Source of the DNA: Chrysomallon squamiferum
Taxonomy: Eukaryota; Animalia; Mollusca
DNA length: 64,000 nucleotides
Assembly (NCBI GenBank): GCA_012295275.1
Contig: CM022671.1
Location: forward strand, 5,828,001-5,892,000
Reading direction: 5' to 3'
Position numbers and translations under genes: made by a program. The notes under the pieces are model-generated. The model saw only the letters and a list, made by a program, of their open reading frames with translations, was not told the origin of the DNA and did not search any database. Shown in pieces: positions 29,173 to 40,229 of the stretch. The first letter of the stretch is position 1; each line of letters opens with the position of its first letter.

Positions 29173-30008
29173 ATGAGTATTATTTGTACATATTAATGTT
29201 TAAATAAAAATCTATATTTCTTTTTTAAACCTGCCTTGGTTTGTTTCTAATTGTTAACAAGCTGTGAAAACAAAATATTAATCTTAGGTTGTGTTGACAT
29301 TTACTCTTTTAAATGCTTTAGTTAATTTAATTATGATACAAACATGAACAACATTCAAATATTTAAAACAAAAAACTATAATGTTTATGGCTGTTTTGTA
29401 ACTGAATTAAAAAGTGTAATAGATTAATTAACAGGTAGTATAATTTAATCTAATCAAATATATTGTTTTCAACAGTATGCGTTTTGAAATGTTACCAGTG
29501 ATTTGGTTTTTTATACTTAATCTATGAGTATTTGAAAATCAGTATATATATCACATACTCCTTAAACTGTGTCACCATTGCACACAAACAGTTTTAAAAT
29601 CAACTAAGATTGTTCATGTACACTCTATCCAGTTGTCTGCACATATGGTGTGTGTGTGTGTGTGTTGTTTACTTTATATATTTGATTATCTATTTTAGAA
29701 AATCGGCTCATTTTGAGCAGTGGAAGATATTTGTCAACAAAAATAAATATTCAGCAGTAGTTACATACAACCAGCCATAACTATCAGATGCAAATCAATT
29801 TAAGAGGACATGATCCCATCCATTCTCACTTTAAAGTAATCACACTTTCATCAGACATTTTAAAATACTATCCTGTTTGCATAATTTTTCACAATATCAG
29901 TCTGCACTTTTTATGCTAGTAAACTTCCTACTGTCAGAAATGCCTGAAATATACCCTCTTTGAATCCACACCTGATCAAGTGTAGCTGCTGAAACACAAA
30001 AAACACTG

Positions 30009-32614
30009 CTAAATGAGTGATCTATGCAACACAGTTATTCCTCTTGATTTAGCCAGACGTGCCAACCTCTCCTCATTTTCAGCAGAAACTGGAACATGGT
30101 ACATGTCTACATGTTTCAGAGATGGACACGCTTCAACAAATTCCACAATGGCTGTGTCAGAAATTCCTTTGATCATGCTGATGTTGAGATGTTTCAAGTT
30201 TGTACAGTTTTTTCTCACAGCTCGCAGACTTCGGTCTGTCAGATACTGACACAAAGAGATGTTAAGTGATTCAAGATGTTTTAATTTCTGCAATAAAATG
30301 AAGTAATATTTTGTATAGAATTGATCCAACTTTTTAAAGGATATTTTTTTCTTTCTCTTAACTGGATGCATGTAATAAATAATTATTATTGTAAAAAAAA
30401 ATTTATAAGAAATAAATTGACTTAAATTTTTTCTTTTTATTATTACATTATTAAAATTTTAATTATTATTGTTATATTTAATATTAATAAAATATTTGTA
30501 ATTATTTGAATTTATCAGCAGTAATTTAGCCACAGTCTTTTTGATATTATAAACATTATTTTTATTAAATTAACCTTCAAAATTTGTTCCATTAGATCAT
30601 TAATCAAGATATAACCACAACTGGTTATTATTATTATTATTATCAGTGCAACTACTACTATTACTTTTACTCCAACTATACTACCATTTTTTCTACTACC
30701 TCAATACTACTATTTCTACTACCTCTATACTACTACTACTGTTTCTACTACCACTATATTTTTCTACTATTTTTACTACAACTATTTCTAGAACTAATAT
30801 TGTTCAATAATTAACCTTCAAAAGTTGTTCCATCAAGTTATCAGTCATGATATAGCCACAGTCTCTCAGACTGAGACTGCGAATGTTTGGACACTGAGAA
30901 CAGAGAGTTTTGAGAATGTTTTCTGTCAGATACAACCCCTCCAAGTCTACGTGCTCCAGGGTGGGGACAAACAAATGTTTTAAAATACTGTTGTTTAGTT
31001 TCTTCTGTCGCTTTCAGTCGATGGATCATTGAACTGTTTTCATATTTAAAAACAAAATTTAAAAAATTAAATAATACAGACATTTATCAGCCTACAAGTA
31101 TGAAAGAAATAAAAATATTTAACAAAAAAAAAAAAAAAAAAAAAAAAAAATGTCCTTCTGATAAACATGTTGATAGATATACATACATACATACATACAC
31201 AGACAGACTACAAAAAAAAAAAAAAAATAATAATAATAATAAAAGTCATTCTGATAAACACGTAGATAACCAGACAGACTACAAATGGAAAGACCTTTGT
31301 AAGTACATATGCATATAAAAATAATGTCTTTATTTTTCACTTTCTATTCACCAAAATTAGTTTTTAAATTTTTGACATATAAATGAGTAATTCTGATAAA
31401 TGTGGGAACAATTGTAGAAGAAAGAAGTATTAAAAAGATCATTATCATTATTTTTCAGAAAATTAAACATTACAACTTTAGAAGTGCCTGCAACCTGAGA
31501 TATAGCAAAACCACATGAAATTTTAGGACCTATATTTTAGAGAATAATTATAAATAAACATTTTGAGAACAAATGTTTGAAGTAAGTGAAATCATTGTGA
31601 ATGGAGCAGTATTAAGTCTAACAAATTGATCTCACATCAACATTTAACAACATTTTTGCTTTCTCTTACCTGATGATAAACTCATCTGGAAAGTCGTGAA
31701 GATCGTAATCTTGTAGATTTCTGATGACAGTTGTAATGCAGATTTCAAACAAAGTGTAAACCTTGCTGTCCTCATGGCATGGATTCTAAAACAAACAGCA
31801 TCTCAGTGACATAACTGTTACAGTTCTTTTAAAGTATAATGCTTTACACCTACAGCACAATATGAACTCTGATTCAGTGAGTTTCAGATTTATTAACATA
31901 ACTAATGTTAAAATTAATATATCCTTATCATCCCAAATGCAAGAAAAATAAATGTATTTATTGAAAAAACAGTCACGATTCCCTGACCCTCCCTATAACT
32001 CAATATTGGCTCTTTCATTTTAGTATCAATTATTAATTTTTCATTTTTTAAAATTTTTATTATTATTATTTTATTTTTTTGCCTTGTGATCTCAAAATAC
32101 AACTGATAAGTGAATAAGAAAATGATGAATTCTAATTACACATACCACATCAGATATTAAAATCTTTTATTACAAATACCTTTTCAAACTTCCTTCCAAA
32201 AGCTGCTCTCACTAAAGTTTTTTCATTTACTTTCTTTATTTCAAAACGTTTTGTGTTTCGACCAGACAGGGATGTTTCAAGTTCTTCAATAATTTCTTGT
32301 CTGCTGTGACTTTTCAGAAGAGGTACTGATATCAGCTCATCTAGTGACATGAAACCTGAAAATAAATAAATAAATTATTTTTATAATTATGTCATGTGAG
32401 ACAGAAAATAACAGCTATATTATATATATATTAATATCATTCCTTAACAAATTTCACAAATGTCTTCATCACAAAAATGTGTGTGTGTACCTGAATCATC
32501 CACATGGAGACCTTCCTTCAGTGCACCATATCGTAAAATATAACAGAGACGTTTTGACAAACGTCCATCTTGATAATGAAAAACTGTTTTGTTACAATTA
32601 TTTACCACTTCCAT
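30009..32614 (-). CDS. Fusion protein: Tpt1/KptA-like N-terminal RNA lobe + BC-box/cullin-box-like segment + AMN1-like LRRs; 5 exons, ~303 aa if a 1-nt insertion in exon 4 is removed
   Basis: Exons 32614-32491 (ATG with upstream in-frame stop), 32355-32180, 31785-31670, 31033-30816, 30287-30009 (TAG), all GT-AG. Translation includes DGRLSKRLCYILRYGALKEGLHVDDSGFMSLDEL...TKRFEIK...LVRAAFG, VYTLFEICITTV...FPDEFII and LRRs (IRSLSLRDCGYIMTD, LESLNISLCQYLTD, LKHLNISMIKGISD). Confidence 0.85.
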
Positions 32615-34402
32615 TTCTTCTTTTATTTATTTCATTTTAAAATAATTGTAAAGTTTCGGAAGTACATATATACTTTGCAAATGCTTTAAATTAAATATAT
32701 AACTGAAATGTCGTTATACGTTGAAAACAATTCATTGATTTCTCGGTGAAGTAAAATTTTTCGTCATTTTACATTTCTTCTTCTTGTGCAATTCTTATTC
32801 TGAATTCTCGAGAGCCAAACCATATTTTATTTTTAAAATGTTGGCAGTCGCCGCAATGTCACGATTGATGTAAAGTTAAATATAAAATTCTGATGTGCTG
32901 ATACTATTTAAAATAGAATCTTAGTAACAGAAAGCGAACAACAAATAAATAAATAATGTAACATATAATCTGTTGACATATCCAATCCATGATATCGTTC
33001 GATGTTTACCGGTTATTTATGGTCAGATAACTCTAGTTGACTAATTTGTGCATTTGTTCCTGTTGCCTTGCGTTTCTTTGCGATTTCCTCCCCGTTTCTG
33101 TGTGAGCCAACCAAAACGCATTGTTAAGTGACCATTTATTACATGTTTCTATTTTTATGCATATTAAATAAATAAATAATAATAGACAATGGTCAGGTTG
33201 GGTCTTCTACAAGGCGATGCATTTTCTTAATTTTCATACCAAATTAATAAAAATCCGTTACATCTTTGAATTTGAAATACATATTTTAGGATATATCGCA
33301 GATAGTTATCTTAATTTTTGAAAAATCGCCGACAGTAAGATTTTACCGACAATATGATCGCAGCGTCGGAAATATTTTGCGATATCACGTGTTGCTATAA
33401 CTACCCTGATAACTGCCATCATATTGTTTTAATTTTATTTATATATAATTTTTTTTTGTTTTTATTTTTTTGAGCAAATGAGGTTGATCAAAGAGCATTT
33501 AAAGAGTTTTTAGAAGTAACTCTGGCATTTTAGGGGGAACTATAAAGGTAGATGCTGAATGATCGTTATCACTCAGAATAGACAAAGAAATTAAAAATGG
33601 CGGCCTCCACGGAACAAACCTAGTAGCTGATAAAAACAAAGATTTCTTTCTGTTATTTTTATCTGCTTATTTCATAATTTCGCTGTTTAAGTAGGACTAT
33701 ATTTGTCTTTGTATTAATTTCTTACATGACCACAATTAGGAATCAGATTACTGTTCTACTCCAAATTTAAGACAAGTTTATATTTGAAAAACTTTTTATT
33801 CTTATCAGAAAATGCGAGATATTGGAGGATAATGAAGATTTTATATTCATTCGGAGCTGGTAGAAGACCCAGCCTGACTTCCCTTTCTTCATAGGACCTC
33901 GCTTTTCTTCAACTCCATCGACTAAAGCACACTTGTAGAAACGTCACTGGGAATGATATAGATAAAATTAAAATATTTCCGCACAGCAAATTCCATTGTA
34001 TGTAAAATGTTTTACAACGTATTTACAAGGACTTAGTCAAGATAGAATCTGAACATGAAAGAAAGAAAATTTACACAGTAGATGTTAATCTTAATTACTG
34101 TGGTGAAGTTCCAGCTGAGCTGGGACTTTGGTTTAGCCAACCTGTCAGATGAAATCAGTATCTAGGGTTGTTGTTAGTGATCATCCTAGACTAAAGGTTA
34201 AAACAGGTGTAATCACTTGATCAGAAACCGCAAGGACTTCTCTCATCAGGTGATAAGCTGCAGTTTCTTCATTGTAATGCACACTTTCTTCTTGATACGA
34301 GTATAGTTTGTGAACAAGTTTTCCAGGATATCACTAATGATATTGGACACGCACTGGGTTTGAGAAGCTGGCGACAAAATTAAAAAACTGGAACTTAAAA
34401 AA

Positions 34403-34765
34403 GGGATTATTTTCTTCAAGGTAACTGAACCTTACTGGCATCTCATTTCTAGCCACACTCACTATTCAGACTTTTTCAACTTTGTACAGATGTACTACTC
34501 CAGTTTCAAGGAATGGTCTAATTATGCTACTCCTATGCTAGACAAGAATGCTGGCCACACTTTCACTGAATTCCAGACAGAACTGAGCAAGGTGAACAAA
34601 CATCTCTACCTACCAGCCTCAACCCAGAATACAAAACACTTCTAAAAGAAACTCCCTTTAGAAACGCACTTAACTGACTTTCAACCTCATGGAAGATTGT
34701 TTAGCGTACAAAATCCAGAACTCCGTGAAAAGATGCAGCATTGCAGACTCACAAATCTTATTTAA
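34403..34765 (+). mobile_element. Decayed DNA-transposon (transposase-like) coding relic
   Basis: Intronless, frame-broken translation GIIFFKVTEPYWHLI...FKEWSNYATPML and HLTDFQPHGRLF...PELREKMQHCRLTNLI resembles invertebrate DDE-transposase-like sequences from memory. It has no start or splice context, and the surrounding 33.5-35.4 kb is non-simple, TE-like sequence. Confidence 0.5.
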
Positions 34766-35590
34766 TAACTAGATAGTATAATGGAGTCATTTATCTTTAA
34801 AATTATATCTCACATCTGGAAGATCAATGTACACAGGCTCGATCTCGTTTTTAATAATCTCAGTGTATCAGTATTAGAATAATGTAAATTAAATCAGTCG
34901 ACCTTGCGAAGATTTGACCCAGCGCTGACAAACAAGATAATGTCATATAACCCGGGAATAAACCCACACATTTGAAATCACTGCTTGCTTTACTTTATTC
35001 AGATCTGTTTTTCAGCTAGAACGCTCTGACATCAAAACAAGCCATGATGTGTTTGATGCAAAATGAGAAATAAATTGTATCAAATTAAGTTCCTAAGCTG
35101 TTTAAGCCTTTTTGTCATGGTGGGTTTTCTTCTTTCTTCTTCTTTTTTTCCCCCCCTGATCTATAGCGAACAAATAATTTCCTCCATACAAAACGTGAGA
35201 GCAGGAATCCAGCAGATTATTTACTTATTGATCGAGTCACAAGAAAACGCATTTATCAGGGGTTTTTTGGCTGGATTTTTTTTTGTTGTTGTTGTAATTT
35301 GGGCGTTGTGGCTGAGTTACGCAATGAAAGTCTTCTCTAAATCTTCAAGAGTCCCACTTTAAAGAGTCTAAATTAATTGGATACGGGAGAAACGTCGCCC
35401 AAGCCGACGTTTTACTATAATGTCGATTCATTTATGTACGAGACGTTGCTTAGAGTCTAAGTTTTTCTTACAGTGGCGAATTCTGAGAATTGTGGAGTTT
35501 TTCTACGATAAGGAAAGGAATCTGTAATTGTTTCATGACAGTCACATGCAGAGAAAAACAAATATCAGTGGTAAATTCTTTGACTTAGAT

Positions 35591-35659
35591 AGAACTTTCT
35601 AGAATAGTCAGAACCTTCTAGAATAATCAGAACCTTCTAGAATAATCAGAACTTTCTAC
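35591..35659. promoter_or_regulatory. 19-bp tandem repeat (about 3.5 copies) made of heat-shock-element consensus triplets
   Basis: agaactttctagaat and agaaccttctagaat (x2) each equal nGAAnnTTCnnGAAn; the fourth copy is partial. Confidence 0.6.
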
Positions 35660-36209
35660 AATTCAGAGGCCGTGCCTATGATAGGCATCCTCGAACAGAT
35701 AAGTAATGAACACATACCAAAAACTGTTCAGCATAACTATTCAATGATGTAGATGTAAGAGTCGGCAAAACATGCTGATGTACAGATGTACATAATTATG
35801 TTTTACGGTAATAAAAATAATATAATGCTTCTGATGACTGGTATTCAATCACTCTCTGTCTGGACAATCGCATCAGGCTGTTTCCAGTGCCTGTCAGTTT
35901 CTACGATTGATTTACTGAAGTCAAAATATGAAAAATCACTTACTGCGATTTCTTTCGAACACTCAGAAATATTTAACATCCAGGAACCTATGAAATGAAT
36001 ACCAGCTGGTGTCGATTTAAGTGTTAATAAATTAATGAATGAATAAGTAAACAAATAAATAATTAAATAATCAAACAAACAAATAGCAGTAACAATAATA
36101 ATGAATATGATATGACAATAACAATAATAACAAGTGATTTAATAAGTGAATAAATATAAATAATGGGAAACGAGGAAGGTTATACAGGAAGATCCACAAG
36201 ACAGAAAGA

Positions 36210-36356
<147 letters not shown>

Positions 36357-36797
36357 TTCGCCTTGTATGTATGATTAATAGTTGTTACAGGTGTTAGTAA
36401 TCTACATTCAGAACTTGCTCATACATCTGGCAAATTTCATTCGTACATTTATTCTAAGTAATATGAACGTCGTGTCTCCTGGCAATAAAATTAATAACCT
36501 GTCCTGTCTTATTTCTGACTGCCATAATCCATGATTTCAATCTGACGTTCAACTCACAACAAATTTGTCTGTATAAAAACAATTATTCTGCCAATAGCCC
36601 ACGATTTCTAAAATAAACGTGCAGTAGCCGGAGTGTCAAAAGGATTATTATGGACGTTTTAATGGAAATATGAGGTTTGCTTAGTTCAGTCTTCGGCTCT
36701 AATTTAATAAATCAACTCCACACGCGGATAATGATAAACTAATTATACCTGTGAATCGTAGCAGAAAAATCAACGCAGTGTTATGTCGATTATCGAT

Positions 36798-36830
<33 letters not shown>

Positions 36831-38641
36831 ACATGTTCATCACCGTCCGGTAAAAAGCCTCGATAATCTCTTACGTCTGAGAAGAATCGGATTTAGACAA
36901 AAGCTAAACAAACAACAGTTTTAGATTTCGCAGAATTAAAGGGGCCAGATTATGCAGGTTTATTTTAGGATGTCGTTAGCCAAACAGGGTGAATAAAGCT
37001 TCTATAATCCCACATGTATTTTTAATAAAAAAAAATTTTCTGTCGGCGTTTATCAAATAATGCTCCTAGATCTAAAAAAAGTTTTTTTTTTTTTTTTTTT
37101 TATTTTTTTATTTTACTTTATTATTTTATGTTATTTCATTTTATTTATTTATGTATTTATTATTATTATTATTTTTTTTTTTACGTTTTTATTTTTTTTT
37201 TTTTTTTTAGTTTATCTTAAAATATCTTTACATCTTGTCAGAATTTCACATTTTATCTTATATTAGTACTTGCGAAGTATGATCTTGACTGTATAAATTT
37301 TCCATGGAGAAAGGCTTTGAAGTTTAAAAACATTTTTTTAAATTTGTTCTCGTCATTTTTTGTAAGTTCAGATATTACATTACATCCTCGCCTTATCTAC
37401 ATTCGACCACAGGATTTTGGAAAAATGAACTAAGAAATCTGAATTTTTACCCGTGTTTTATGTTCTTTGCAAGGACTGTTTTTGTAGCTATATTTTGTTT
37501 CATTAAGGTTGATCTAACATTTAGATAATTTAATAAAACCCAAGAAATAAATGCACTCAAATAGGTAATTTAAAACATAAAATAAATGAAAGTTTACTGT
37601 AAACCTATAATTTTATGATTAAAATATAAATCACTGTGTACAAGACTACATTATAGTATGAATTATATTCATCAGTGATCATTTTCGAAACATTTATAAG
37701 CAAAAATGTAAACGCACACGACTTTTGTTTAAAATTCTTATTAAATGTTTAGTCTTTACGATAATCCAAAAACATGTTCAGTTCACATAGTTATTATTAA
37801 TAATAGTAACGATAAACCAAAATTAACTGGTACAAAATTTGTAAGAGAAACAAATGAGTTAATAAAGAGTGACAAGAGGTCAAAGATGAAGTACAGAAAT
37901 TGACAGCTTACTGGCCCACAGGAGAAATAAACTCGAATTAGAGCTCAAGACATTATTTTGTTCTTCCAAATAAAAGTATTCATGTTAAATAAATAAATAA
38001 ATACAATTTTTTTCATTTTCTTGGTTTCTCTCGACATACAAACGTTATTTGTGTGTGCGTGTTTATATATTAACGATTTGTTTGTTGTCTAATATGTTAA
38101 ATAATATTTACCCAAATATTATACGAATTTTTAATATTGTTTGTTATACTTACCAATAATTTCATTTTAACACATATGAACGCATAGTTACTTACATAGA
38201 CACACAAAAATATAATTCACGTCAAATAAGAAAATTAATCATAATTGACAGGTTTACGACGGTGTCTGCTTGACTCGCTCATTAGTTACATTCACCAGGG
38301 AAAAATAACCAGTCTACAATACACCGTCAATCTTAATTCCCGCCTTTTCCTTGGAGTCCATTAATTTAGAAAAAAAAAAGACGGAGTACAATTATGAACG
38401 GTACATTAAACATAGAACGAAGATATTAGTTATTTGTTCCTCCTACACTTAAGTTGTTATACTGTTTTATTTCTAAAAATAAACAGGATATGTGTATTAA
38501 TTTTAATACATTTCGATCGAAAATGCAAACGCTCTTTTCTTTACACACGAACTACTTCACCGAGCTTTACCGATCTGTAACGACTTTAGACAGGTTAAAC
38601 TTACTCAAATGTAATGGCCTGGCAATTGTTTTATTTGTGGC

Positions 38642-38677
<36 letters not shown>

Positions 38678-39098
38678 CGACAAATAGATAAATAAATAAA
38701 CTTAAACGTTTTGTTGCCTCTTTATAGTAGAACGTAGATTCTCTCTGGAACCTGAAGGATGCGACCCTGGACATATACACAATAATTTTTTCTTTTTTTC
38801 CATTTCTTCCTTTCTTTCCGTTTTTCTGCAAGAAAAATAAATAATAAATAAATAAATAATAAGTCTGTATGTAGTATGTGTGCAGTAGTGAACCTACATT
38901 TTTGGAAACAGCAAAATTTCTTGGTAACCACTGTTATTTTCTTCAGTGGGTTTGTTGCATGACAGAGCAGCATAAATGTTTTTAAAAATTAACCATGGCA
39001 TCTCAGATCAGGATTAAAATTTTGAATCAATGTGGACCAAAGTTGCTTCTCTGGCCCCCGTGTGTGTATTATTTATGTATGGATATATGTATGTATGT

Positions 39099-39148
<50 letters not shown>

Positions 39149-39372
39149 TTATGGATTAAAAATAATAATAATAAAAAAATTAAAAATGATAATGAGTATG
39201 ATTATGATGATGATAAAGATGATATATGAGAGAAAAAAAAAACTCGCTCTAATCACTCATTTGGCCTTTTTCATTTGACAGCAGCATGAAATATTTAATT
39301 TTACATCATTCAACATACAGAAACCACAATGATATTTGATAAACAGACTGGAACGAAAAACTGCTGATGATT

Positions 39373-39408
<36 letters not shown>

Positions 39409-40190
39409 TGACTATCAATTTCAGCAGTTTTTTTTTTTAAGTTTTTATTTAAATTTCTTTTTTCTTTTTACTTTTTTCGACATTTAATCCCTTTTTTTTT
39501 TTTTTTTCTTCATCATCCCTTTTATGTTTTCTTTTTTCTTCTATTTGTTCTCTTCTATTTATTTATCTATATCTATATCTATATCTATATATACTATTAT
39601 GATTTTCTTTTATATTTCACACGGTTAATTTAAGGTTCATTACGTTTCTAGAAACTACGTTATATATTTTTTTTTTTTCATATTCCTTTTTTCTTCTTCT
39701 TCTGAATGCAGAGCTATATCAATTACAGTTATATATTTATGTAAATTAAAGAACTTTATGAACTGTAGTATCTGTTTTCCTACACAATTTCACAGGTTTT
39801 CTTTTGAACGAGAGTTCGTCTGCTCGCTGTTACAAACATATTTTTCGTACCAGAGATTGATGGCGCACAGATATAGACCCGTCTGTCATCGTCCATCTTT
39901 TTATCTTTGAGATGAAAAGTGTTTTGTTTGGGGGGGGGGTAAAAAAAAAACACACGACGTATACATTAAATTTCCTATGGTTATTATTTATTTTTAAAGC
40001 GATATATATAACAATTTCCGTTATAAAAAAGAAAAGAAACTAGTTGTTCATTACTGGTATTATATTTATTATTATTATCAAGATTGTCACCTTTAGCATC
40101 ATCATTATTATTATTATCATCATCATAATCATTCTTTTTAAATAACATTATTATTATTATTGCTACTACTACTACTACTACTACTACTAC

Positions 40191-40229
<39 letters not shown>

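Noticed and set aside
31005-31020. Programmed ribosomal frameshifting as the explanation of the indel
   Set aside because: There is no recognisable slippery heptamer, shifty stop or stimulatory structure, and a second indel nearby points to error or mutation.
30841-31083. ORF-track protein ending ...RLKATEETKQQYFKTF...
   Set aside because: After RLK it is the wrong frame caused by the 1-nt insertion; the LRR sequence is in the adjacent frame.
35063-35362. 99-aa ORF with two hydrophobic stretches
   Set aside because: T-rich low-complexity sequence in a TE-like region, with no splice context or recognisable family.
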